Made by a program: the position numbers and the translations under genes. A stretch of 64,000 nucleotides of DNA from Longimicrobiales bacterium (GTDB lineage Bacteria; Gemmatimonadota; Gemmatimonadetes; Longimicrobiales; Gaopeijiaceae): contig CBDDPN010000012.1 of NCBI GenBank assembly GCA_965232315.1, positions 1,922-65,921 on the forward strand, given 5' to 3'. This document shows positions 55,719-64,000 of the stretch, piece after piece. Position 1 is the first letter of the stretch. Each line of letters opens with the position of its first letter. The notes under the pieces are model-generated. The model was not told the origin of the DNA, did no database searches, and saw only the letters and a list, made by a program, of their open reading frames with translations.

Positions 55719-55777
55719 CAGCTACTGGATAGTGACATTTTTCTGAATCGCTCGCGTTTCCCGAACCCCCAAGCCGC

Positions 55778-57940
55778 ATGGACCACAGCCAGATCGTTCG
55801 CTTCATCTGGGGCGTTGCCGACCTCATCCGCGACACCTTTAAGCGTGGCAAGTACCCCGATGTGATCCTGCCCTTCACAGTGCTGCGCCGCCTCGACTGC
55901 GTGATGGCACCCACGAAGGAGCGGGTTCTGGAGCGCCATGCCCAACTGAAGGGCAAGCTCGCCGATCCGCACAGCCAGCTTTGCCGGGCCTCTGGGTTCG
56001 CGTTCTACAACGTCTCCCGCTACGACTTCGCCCGGCTCCTGACCGACCCTCCGAGTCTGGCGGCCAATCTGGAAGCCTACATCGCCGGATTCAGCCGCAA
56101 CATGGCAGAGGTGCTCCACTCCTTCCGCTTCAACGATGCGATCCGGGTCCTCGACGAAGGGCGGCTCCTGTATCAGGTCGTCCAGCGGTTCGGCGACATC
56201 GACCTGCATCCGGACAAAGTCGACAACGCGACCATGGGAACGGTGTTCGAGGAGTTGATCCGCAAGTTCAACGAGTCGCTCAACGAGAACCCCGGCGAGC
56301 ACTTCACGCCCCGCGATGTCGTGCACCTCATGGTCGATCTCATGCTGGCGGGCGACGAGGACCACATCGCCCGGAAGGGGGCAGTCCACACGATCTACGA
56401 CCCGTGTTGCGGCTCCGGTGGAATGCTGATGATCGCGCGCGACCACATCACCAAGGGCCGCATCATCAACGGCACCGTCGCCCAGAGGGCGATCAACCAA
56501 GCGGCGGAGATCCACCTTTTCGGACAGGAGACCAACCCGGAGACCTGGGCGATCGCGCGATCGGATCTCTACATCAAGGATCCAAAGGGCCGCGACGCGG
56601 AGAACATCAAGCGGGGGAGCGTACTGCGCGAGCATCATGACCGCCGATTCGATTACCTGATCACCAACCCGCCATACGGCAAGGACTGGACGGTGGATCG
56701 GGAGGCCGTAAGGGCCGAGCACGAGCGCGGTTCGGCGGGACGCTTCGGGCCGGGGCTGCCCCGCATCAACGACGGCCAGCTTCTCTTCCTCCTCCACCTG
56801 CTTTCGCGAATGAAGGACCCCGGGGGCGCACCGGGACCGGGAGGGTCGCGGGTTGCCATCATCATGAACGGGTCCCCGCTCTTCAGCGGAGACGCTGGCG
56901 GGGGCGAGAGCGAAATCCGCCGTCACGTGCTGGAGACCGACCTGCTTGAGGCGATCATCGCCCTTCCGGAACAGCTCTTCTACAACACGGGAATCGCGAC
57001 CTACGTCTGGCTGCTCACCAATCGTAAGACGCCGGAGCGACAGGGCGCTGTCCAGTTGATCGACGCGACCTCGTATTGCGTTTCCATGCGGCGCAGCCTT
57101 GGCGACAAGCGGCGCGAGATTCCGCACGAAGAGTCGGCAGAGATCCTTCGGCTTTTCGCCGACGGCAAGGACGGTGCGAAGAAGACCGTCATGGGCGACG
57201 AACAGCCCGAGGATTGCATCGTCAGCCGGATACTTCCAACGACGGCGTTCGGATACCGCAAGGTGACGGTCGAGCGGCCGTTGCGCCTCAACTTCCAAGC
57301 CAGCCCGGAGCGCATCGCTAGACTGGACGACCAGGCGGCGTTCCGAAGACTCGCGGTGTCGCGGAAGGGGGGTGCGGCGGGCGATGAGGCGAGGCGAAGG
57401 GGACGCGAGCTTCAGGAGGCCATTCGCTCCATGCTGTCCGACATGCGGGACACGCTCTACAAGGACGGTGATTCCTTCCGCAGCGACCTGGCTCGCGCCG
57501 CAGAGAAGGCTGGGATCAAGCTGCGGGTGCCGGTTGTGAGGGCGATCGTCCAGGCGCTCTCCGAGAAGGACGAGACGGCCGAGGTCTTTCTTGACCGTAA
57601 GGGCAACCCCGTGGCCGACTCGAAACTGCGCGATCACGAGCGCGTTCCACTCCTCGCCGGCGACGATCCCGTGGACCAGCGCGGTGTTCCGGCCAGCGTT
57701 CAAGAGTTCTTCGACCGCCAAGTGCGCCCGTACCGGCCCGATGCGTGGATCAACGAAAAGCAGGTGGACAAGAAAGACGGATACGTGGGAACAGTGGGCT
57801 ATGAGATCAATCTCAACCGGTACTTCTACCGATTCCACCCTCCACGTGCACCCGAGGAGGTTGAGCGGGACATCGTTGCGCTCACGGACGAAATCGTCGA
57901 GATGCTGAAGGGACTGACCACGACGGAGGAGATGCCATGA
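55778..57940 (+). CDS. hsdM: type I restriction-modification system, methyltransferase subunit
   Basis: HsdM-type N-terminus MDHSQIVRFIWGVADLIRDTFKRGKYPDVILPFTVLRRLD, SAM motif DPCCGSGGML and catalytic LITNPPYG. Confidence 0.9.
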   Translation: MDHSQIVRFIWGVADLIRDTFKRGKYPDVILPFTVLRRLDCVMAPTKERVLERHAQLKGKLADPHSQLCRASGFAFYNVSRYDFARLLTDPPSLAANLEAYIAGFSRNMAEVLHSFRFNDAIRVLDEGRLLYQVVQRFGDIDLHPDKVDNATMGTVFEELIRKFNESLNENPGEHFTPRDVVHLMVDLMLAGDEDHIARKGAVHTIYDPCCGSGGMLMIARDHITKGRIINGTVAQRAINQAAEIHLFGQETNPETWAIARSDLYIKDPKGRDAENIKRGSVLREHHDRRFDYLITNPPYGKDWTVDREAVRAEHERGSAGRFGPGLPRINDGQLLFLLHLLSRMKDPGGAPGPGGSRVAIIMNGSPLFSGDAGGGESEIRRHVLETDLLEAIIALPEQLFYNTGIATYVWLLTNRKTPERQGAVQLIDATSYCVSMRRSLGDKRREIPHEESAEILRLFADGKDGAKKTVMGDEQPEDCIVSRILPTTAFGYRKVTVERPLRLNFQASPERIARLDDQAAFRRLAVSRKGGAAGDEARRRGRELQEAIRSMLSDMRDTLYKDGDSFRSDLARAAEKAGIKLRVPVVRAIVQALSEKDETAEVFLDRKGNPVADSKLRDHERVPLLAGDDPVDQRGVPASVQEFFDRQVRPYRPDAWINEKQVDKKDGYVGTVGYEINLNRYFYRFHPPRAPEEVERDIVALTDEIVEMLKGLTTTEEMP

Positions 57941-58542
57941 ATCCCGAGCCCGCGCACCGGCTTCTGAGCGAATCGGACCTCGGATCCTGTTTCCGTCCAC
58001 GGGACGCTGAGGAAGCCGGGATAGACTACCATCAACTGCGTCGGCTGGAAGAGGCGGGCATCGTCGAGCGCGAGCGACGCGGCCTGTACCGGCGGACGGA
58101 CGTCAACCCCACCCGCTTCAGCGACCTCGCGGCGGTCTGCGCACAGGTTCCCGATGCCGTCGTCTGTCTGCTGACGGCACTGACCGTGCACGAAATCGGC
58201 ACGCAACTGCCCGCCCGCATTTGGATTGCCATCCCACAGGGCAGAAGGACGCCGATCCTGGCCCAGTCCGGCCTTGAGATCGTGCGATTCTCGGGACTGC
58301 CGCTCCGTTACGGGGTGGTGGATGCCGAATTCGAAGGGGTGCCCGCCCGAATCACCAACCCGGCGCGCACCGTGGTGGACTGTTTCCGCTTTCGCAACCG
58401 GATCGGGGTCCACATCGCATACGAAGCCCTGGACGATGTCCTGGCTCAGCGGCTCGCGACCCGTGATGAGATCTGGCGCACGGCGGTCGTGTGCCGTGCC
58501 AAGTCACTCATCGAGCCGATCCTTGATGCGAGGGCGTACTGA
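57937..58542 (+). CDS. AbiEi-type (type IV TA) antitoxin
   Basis: A wHTH N-terminus (FRPRDAEEAGIDYHQLRRLEEAGIVERERRGLYRR) is followed by VCLLTALTVHEIGTQLP and ITNPARTVVDCFRF, typical of AbiEi. The gene is ATGA-coupled to hsdM. Confidence 0.75.
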   Translation: MNPEPAHRLLSESDLGSCFRPRDAEEAGIDYHQLRRLEEAGIVERERRGLYRRTDVNPTRFSDLAAVCAQVPDAVVCLLTALTVHEIGTQLPARIWIAIPQGRRTPILAQSGLEIVRFSGLPLRYGVVDAEFEGVPARITNPARTVVDCFRFRNRIGVHIAYEALDDVLAQRLATRDEIWRTAVVCRAKSLIEPILDARAY

Positions 58543-59492
58543 TGTCGGCACCGGGTGGACGAAACTACCCAGCCTCGGTGCACGCCCGTCTGCGCCAGCT
58601 AAGCCCTCGGGGCGAAGACCTCAACCGAATCCTGCAACGGTACGCGGCGGAACGCTTTCTGTTCCGGCTGGGAGCGTCACCGGTCGCCGACCGGTTCATT
58701 CTCAAGGGAGCGTCGCTCTTCCTCGTCTGGAACGGCGATGTCTACCGCGGCACCCAAGACATAGACCTGCTTGCCGAGGGCGCGAATACGCAAGACGCGA
58801 TCCGCCGAGCACTCGACATCATTTGCAGGATTCCCTGCCCAGAGGACGGCGTCGTGTTCGACCCGTCCCTCACCATTATCCGACGCCTCCCGGTCGATGG
58901 CGGACGAGCAACAAGGTCTCGTGTGGAAGGGATGCTGGGGAACATCAGGCTTCCGCTACAGGTGGACATTGGCGTCGACGACGCGATCAATCCGCCGCCC
59001 ACGCGGTCGGCCTATCCGACCCTGCTGGATCAACCGCAGCCAGTTGTGTGGGTGTATCCGCGCGAGACACTCATCGCCGAGAAGTTCGCCGCCATGGTTG
59101 TCCTGGGCCGCCGAAACAGCCGCATCAAGGACGTGTGGGACATCGCGGCGCTGGCCACCGACTTCTTCTTCGAAGGCTCGGCGCTGCAACGGGCCGTGCG
59201 GGCCACGCTGCTAAAGCGAGAAGCCTTGAAGGGGACCGATGTGGCGGCTCTCGGGCCGACCTACTACGACGAACCGGACCGCCAGGCGATGTGGTCGCGG
59301 TTTCGTCGCCACATCGAGGTTGAGGGCTACGAGCCGAACTCTCTTGCCGAAGCCGGGTCAGTGGTTCGCGCGTTTCTGATGCCGGTGTGGAATAGCGTTC
59401 TCCGCGAGGAGCCCTTCGCGATGGAATGGCCGCCGGGCGGACCGTGGCGGCCGCGGAGGAGTGGGGCGAGCGGTGAGGGTGATCGGGCATGA
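58542..59492 (+). CDS. AbiEii/AbiGii-family nucleotidyltransferase toxin
   Basis: ILQRYAAERFLFRLGASPVADRFILKGASLF...GTQDIDLL...ETLIAEKFAAM matches the AbiEii NTase layout. The start overlaps the AbiEi stop by 1 nt. Confidence 0.75.
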   Translation: MSAPGGRNYPASVHARLRQLSPRGEDLNRILQRYAAERFLFRLGASPVADRFILKGASLFLVWNGDVYRGTQDIDLLAEGANTQDAIRRALDIICRIPCPEDGVVFDPSLTIIRRLPVDGGRATRSRVEGMLGNIRLPLQVDIGVDDAINPPPTRSAYPTLLDQPQPVVWVYPRETLIAEKFAAMVVLGRRNSRIKDVWDIAALATDFFFEGSALQRAVRATLLKREALKGTDVAALGPTYYDEPDRQAMWSRFRRHIEVEGYEPNSLAEAGSVVRAFLMPVWNSVLREEPFAMEWPPGGPWRPRRSGASGEGDRA

Positions 59493-60895
59493 AGCGCTTT
59501 CGCGGATATCCCGAATGCCGGGACTCGGGCGTGGAGTGGTTGGGGGAGATTCCGGCGCATTGGGAGGTTCGGCGGCTGAAGGACCATGTCGAAGTGAACG
59601 CATTGGTCCTGCCGGACGACACGGACTCCGATTACAAGTTCGACTATGTGGACATCGGATCTGTTGAGGTCGGACAGCTCAGTTCAGCGGTCAAGGCCAT
59701 CCGATTCGGATCGTCGCCATCGAGGGCAAGGCGCGTCGTGCGGCCCGGAGACACCTTGGTGTCAACCGTTCGCACCTATCTCAAAGCCGTGTGGACGCCC
59801 ACCCTTTTCGAGCGCGATTTGATCGCGTCGACCGGATTTGCCGTGCTCACGCCGAACTCCGATTCGGTTGCCGACTACCTGGGCTACTTCTGCCAGAGCG
59901 ATCCATTCACCGATGCGGTTTCGGCGGAATCTGTCGGAATCGCGTATCCCGCAATAACGGAGGCGATGCTCGGATTCGTTCCAATATGTGTCCCTCCCCT
60001 CCCCGAACAGCGCGCCATCGCCGACTTTCTCGACCGCCAGACCAGCCGGATCGGCCGCCTTGTGCGGAAGAAGGAGCGCCTGATCGAGCTGCTCAACGAG
60101 AAGCGGGCGTCGCTAATCAGCCACGCGGTCACGCGGGGTCTGAATACGGACGTTCCGATGAGGAACTCGGGCGTTGAATGGCTGGGAGAGATTCCAGCGC
60201 ATTGGGATGTGATAGCCTTGCGTCACCTCGCGGTGAAGTTCGGTTCAGGAATCACTCCCCGCGGCGGGGCGACAGCCTATGAGACTAACGGCATTCCGTT
60301 TCTGCGAAGCCAAAATGTCCACTTCGATGGACTTCGGCTTGCAGGGGTAGCGCGAATACCGCGCCGCCTTCACGCCACGATGAGAGGGACCCATGTGAAG
60401 CCAGGAGATGTCTTGCTCAACATCACTGGAGCGTCGATTGGTCGCGTGTGCGCAGTGCCCAATGACCTGACCGAGGCCAATGTGAATCAGCATGTCTGCA
60501 TTATCCGGCCACGTCGCGAGCATGTGCGTCCACACTTCCTGGCCGCTTTCCTAAGTACGTCGGGAATGCAGGAGACAATCGCGCTAGAGCAGGTTGGGGC
60601 GTCTCGGCAAGGTCTGACACTGGACGCAATTCGCAGCTTCAAGTTGTTCGTCCCACCCCTCGCCGAACAACGCGCCATTGCCGACTTCCTCGACCACGAA
60701 ACCCGCCAGATCGACGCCCTAGTCACCAAGACCCTGGACGTCATCAAACAGTTGCGCGAGTATCGCACCTCCGTCATCTCCGCCGCTGTCACGGGGCGGA
60801 TCGACGTGAGGGATCCGTTCACCACCGCTTTGACGCGGCCTCGGCAGGCAGGCTGGTCCGAAGCGACCTCCGCCCCCATCATTCCGGACATGTAG
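59489..60895 (+). CDS. hsdS: type I restriction-modification system, specificity subunit (two TRDs)
   Basis: The conserved regions are duplicated (SGVEWLGEIPAHWEV / SGVEWLGEIPAHWDV; PPLPEQRAIADFLDRQT / PPLAEQRAIADFLDHET) and separate two variable target-recognition domains. The gene is ATGA-coupled to the upstream gene. Confidence 0.9.
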   Translation: MKRFRGYPECRDSGVEWLGEIPAHWEVRRLKDHVEVNALVLPDDTDSDYKFDYVDIGSVEVGQLSSAVKAIRFGSSPSRARRVVRPGDTLVSTVRTYLKAVWTPTLFERDLIASTGFAVLTPNSDSVADYLGYFCQSDPFTDAVSAESVGIAYPAITEAMLGFVPICVPPLPEQRAIADFLDRQTSRIGRLVRKKERLIELLNEKRASLISHAVTRGLNTDVPMRNSGVEWLGEIPAHWDVIALRHLAVKFGSGITPRGGATAYETNGIPFLRSQNVHFDGLRLAGVARIPRRLHATMRGTHVKPGDVLLNITGASIGRVCAVPNDLTEANVNQHVCIIRPRREHVRPHFLAAFLSTSGMQETIALEQVGASRQGLTLDAIRSFKLFVPPLAEQRAIADFLDHETRQIDALVTKTLDVIKQLREYRTSVISAAVTGRIDVRDPFTTALTRPRQAGWSEATSAPIIPDM

Positions 60896-60943
60896 CAACC
60901 AACCCTTCGCGCCCGCCCTTCAACCGCATCGCCACGTGTCTCC

Positions 60944-63900
60944 ATGACCTCCGCCACCACCGAACAGGCCTTCGAGAACGCCATCGAATGCGCGCTTCTC
61001 CAAGGCGGTCCCGATTCCTGCCCAGACCATCAAGCCCGTGTCCGCGAACCACGCCCCGGCTACGGCCCGTCATTCAAGCCCGGGGGCTACCATCGCCGCT
61101 CGTCATCGGAGTTCGACCGTGACCGCTGCCTGATCCCACGCGATGTCATCGACTTCATCATCGCCAGCCAGCCGAATAGCTGGAAACGGTTGCAGAATCT
61201 TCGAGGCGCCGACTACAAGGAACGCTTTCTCGACCACCTCGCCCTGCAACTCAAGCGGCGCGGCGTCGTTGATGTCCTCCGCAACGGGATCAAGGACCAC
61301 GGCATCAAGTTCCACCTGGCCTACTTCCGGCCGTCGAGCCGCCTCAATGAGGAAGCGATCAACCTCCACAAGGCCAATCTCTTTGCGGTCGTTCGGCAGC
61401 TTCGCTACACCTCAAAGAGCGACCGTAGTCTCGATCTGGCGATCACTCTGAACGGCATTCCGGTTTTCACTGCCGAACTCAAGAATCCGCTCACGGGCCA
61501 GGACGTGCAGGACGCGGTCGCACAGTACCGCGAGGACCGCAGTCCAGGGGAGGCGCTACTCGCTCCGGGGCGCTGCATCGCGCATTTCGCGGTCGATCCG
61601 AACCTCGTCTATGTCACCACCCGGCTTGCCGGGTCCGCCACCCCCTTCCGCCCCTTCAATCAAGGGCGCGACGAGGGCTCGGGGAACCCGCCGGTCGCTC
61701 CCATCGGCGGGGCCTACCCGACCGACTACCTCTGGCACCGGATCTGGGCGAGGGACAGCATTCTCAATCTGATCCAGCAGTTCGTCCACGAGGACAGGCG
61801 CGAGAAGGGCGGCAAGATGGGGCGCAACCTGATCTTCCCCCGCTACCAGCAGCTCGACGCCGTGCGCAAGCTCATCGGTCATGCGCGCCGGTTTGGAGCA
61901 GGCCGGCGCTACCTCATCCAGCACTCCGCCGGGAGCGGAAAGAGCTTCACGATCGCGTGGCTGGCACATCAGTTGTCATCGCTTCATGACGCGGAGGACA
62001 ACACCGTATTCGATTCGGTCGTGGTGGTCAGCGACCGTCGGGTGCTCGACCAGCAGCTTCAACGCACGATCCAGCAGTTCGAGCGCGTCGTCGGCGTGGT
62101 CGAGAATATCGACAAGACCTCCAAGGACCTCTTGGCAGCGCTCCTGGCTGGACGACGGATCATCGTCACCACGCTCCAGAAGTTCCCGGCCATCGCTGGA
62201 CAGGCAGCCGAGCTACCGGGTAAGCGTTTCGCGGTGATCATCGACGAGGCCCACTCGTCGCAGTCTGGCGAGAACGCCAAGAGCCTCAAGTCGGTGCTGT
62301 CGGACAAGGACTTGGCCGAGGCTGAAGCCGAGGAATCGGATGCCCCAACCCGTGAAGAGGAGATCGAGGAGATCGTCTTGGAGGAGGTTCGGAAACGGGG
62401 TCCACAGCCCAACCTTTCCCTCATTGCCTTTACCGCGACGCCCAAGACCAGAACCCTTGAGCTCTTCGGAACGAAGCAACCGGACGGCAAGTTCCGGCCG
62501 TGGCACCTCTACAGCATGCGCCAAGCCATTGAGGAGAAATGCATCCTTGATGTCTTGGAGAACTACGCCACCTATGAAGCGTACTGGAAGCTGCTGAAGG
62601 TCATCGAGGCTGATCCACGCTACGAGAAGGACAAGGCGGCCTTCCTGCTCAAGTCCTTCGTGGAGCTTCATCCGCACGCGGTCCGGGAAAAGGTCGCGAT
62701 CATGGTCGAACACTTCGCGACTCACGTGCAGGACAGAATCGAGGGGAAGGCGAAGGCGATGATCGTGACGAGGTCTCGCCTGCACGCGGTCCGCTGCAAG
62801 CTGGCACTGGACGCCTGCCTGAAGGAGAAGGGCTACAAGTGGAAGACGCTCGTCGCCTTCTCCGGCACAGTGAAGGACGGTGGGAAAGACTACACGGAGT
62901 CGGGCATGAACTCAGGGGCGGCGGGGCGCCGGATCGGCGAAAAGCAGACAGCCGAGGAATTTGCTGATACGGACTACCGGTTCATGGTTGTGGCCAACAA
63001 GTTCCAGACGGGATTCGATCAGCCTCTCCTTCACACGATGTACGTCGACAAGAAGCTGGGAGGGGTGAACGCAGTCCAGACGCTATCCCGTCTCAACCGG
63101 ACCCACGCGAAGAAGGACAGCACCTCGGTCTTGGACTTCGCCAACGAAGCCGACGACATTCGGAAGGCCTTCGAGCGGTACTACGAGACGACGCTGCTCT
63201 CGGAGGAGACCGATCCCAACCTCCTCTATGAGATCGAACGCGAACTCCTGGACTTCGGCGTATTCGCGGAGCCCGACGTGTCGGCGTTCGCGCTGGTGTT
63301 CTTCGACCCGAAGACGACTCACGATCAGTACTACGCGGCGCTGGAGGAATGCGTGGGTCGGTTCACGGAGTTGGATCCCGAGTCGCGAACGCGCTTTCGG
63401 CGGCGACTGCGCGACTACCGGCGCCTCTACGGATTCCTCTCGCAGGTGATGCCGTTCACGGACACCGACTTGGAGAAGCTGAACGCCTTCGTGCGCTGTC
63501 TGGGGACCTTGCTCCCGCCGGAGGAGAACTCGCTTCCCGTCGAGGTGCAGCAGGCAATCGACATGGAGTCTTTCAGGATCGGGCAGACGGGGTCGGGCGG
63601 CATCGATCTTCGGCCGGGGAACAAGCCTCTCGATCCGCAGGAGATGGGACCGGACGGTGTGCGAGAAGAGGTGTACGAGCCGCTCTCGGAGATCATCCGG
63701 GAACTCAACGAGCGCTTTGGGACGAATCTCGGACCGGAGGACGAAGTCACTTTCGAGACCGTGCTGAACTCCATGGACGGAGATGCGGGACTCCGGGCCG
63801 CCGCCAGGGCCAATCCGCCCGAGAACGTGCGGCTCAGCTTCGACATCAAGGTCAACGACGCGATCGAGGACGTCATCGACCGAAACTTCAAGCTCTACAA

Positions 63901-63991
63901 GCGGATCACGGAGGACGAGAACTTCGGCCAGGCGCTAAAGGATGCGCTCTTTCGCGAGTACCTGAACCGGCAGTTGCTGGACCAAGACTGA
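60944..63991 (+). CDS. hsdR: type I restriction endonuclease, R subunit
   Basis: 1015 aa. The N-terminal nuclease region contains DLAITLNGIPVFTAELK, and the SF2 helicase motifs include HSAGSGKSFT and VIIDEAHSSQ. The gene lies last in the hsd operon. Confidence 0.9.
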   Translation: MTSATTEQAFENAIECALLQGGPDSCPDHQARVREPRPGYGPSFKPGGYHRRSSSEFDRDRCLIPRDVIDFIIASQPNSWKRLQNLRGADYKERFLDHLALQLKRRGVVDVLRNGIKDHGIKFHLAYFRPSSRLNEEAINLHKANLFAVVRQLRYTSKSDRSLDLAITLNGIPVFTAELKNPLTGQDVQDAVAQYREDRSPGEALLAPGRCIAHFAVDPNLVYVTTRLAGSATPFRPFNQGRDEGSGNPPVAPIGGAYPTDYLWHRIWARDSILNLIQQFVHEDRREKGGKMGRNLIFPRYQQLDAVRKLIGHARRFGAGRRYLIQHSAGSGKSFTIAWLAHQLSSLHDAEDNTVFDSVVVVSDRRVLDQQLQRTIQQFERVVGVVENIDKTSKDLLAALLAGRRIIVTTLQKFPAIAGQAAELPGKRFAVIIDEAHSSQSGENAKSLKSVLSDKDLAEAEAEESDAPTREEEIEEIVLEEVRKRGPQPNLSLIAFTATPKTRTLELFGTKQPDGKFRPWHLYSMRQAIEEKCILDVLENYATYEAYWKLLKVIEADPRYEKDKAAFLLKSFVELHPHAVREKVAIMVEHFATHVQDRIEGKAKAMIVTRSRLHAVRCKLALDACLKEKGYKWKTLVAFSGTVKDGGKDYTESGMNSGAAGRRIGEKQTAEEFADTDYRFMVVANKFQTGFDQPLLHTMYVDKKLGGVNAVQTLSRLNRTHAKKDSTSVLDFANEADDIRKAFERYYETTLLSEETDPNLLYEIERELLDFGVFAEPDVSAFALVFFDPKTTHDQYYAALEECVGRFTELDPESRTRFRRRLRDYRRLYGFLSQVMPFTDTDLEKLNAFVRCLGTLLPPEENSLPVEVQQAIDMESFRIGQTGSGGIDLRPGNKPLDPQEMGPDGVREEVYEPLSEIIRELNERFGTNLGPEDEVTFETVLNSMDGDAGLRAAARANPPENVRLSFDIKVNDAIEDVIDRNFKLYKRITEDENFGQALKDALFREYLNRQLLDQD

Positions 63992-64000
63992 CTTGGCCGG

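Noticed and set aside
59520-60720. Internal direct repeats in hsdS (SGVEWLGEIPAHW... and PP(L)(P/A)EQRAIADFLD... regions) as evidence of a shufflon or phase-variable specificity locus.
   Set aside because: These are the normal duplicated conserved regions separating the two TRDs of any type I S subunit. No extra silent hsdS copies or adjacent invertase were seen.

Overview
GC-rich bacterial chromosomal window with dense coding. All calls come from reading the ORF translations and the DNA by eye. No database search was run, so family names are motif recognition from memory. Bases 1-35,000 look core or accessory-metabolic. They hold a HEAT-repeat protein, an MFS exporter, four secreted amidohydrolase-fold proteins, an MscS-family channel translationally coupled to a 1071-aa AAA-like protein, and a CzcCBA/CusCBA-type RND efflux operon directly preceded by a vapBC cassette. 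They also hold a fructosamine kinase, a MerR-like regulator divergent from a DUF6569/ARPP-1-like gene, a YfcC-type carrier and an acyl-CoA dehydrogenase/CitE/MaoC cluster. Bases 35,000-64,000 are a mosaic of mobile and defence DNA. In order: a DUF4143 ATPase, a frame-broken tyrosine integrase, an orphan 478-aa protein with a restriction-endonuclease-like C-terminus, about 1.1 kb with no credible ORF, and an IS1380-family element. These are followed by a NucS-like nuclease, a plant-type LRR/zinc-metalloprotease lipoprotein plus a decayed paralog, and a cytochrome c/YVTN pair. The window ends with an intact paralogous integrase, a MobC/relaxase module, and a type I R-M operon with an AbiEi/AbiEii pair between hsdM and hsdS. 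No rRNA, tRNA or CRISPR array was found. The best candidates for something undescribed are the MscS/pseudo-ATPase pair, the IS-interrupted nuclease island at 38.3-43.6 kb, and the 10-bp periodic repeat array around the promoter at 22.1 kb. Eight or more single-base insertions, all in G/C homopolymers between 26.5 and 37.8 kb, break otherwise intact genes. They need read-level verification before any pseudogene call is trusted.
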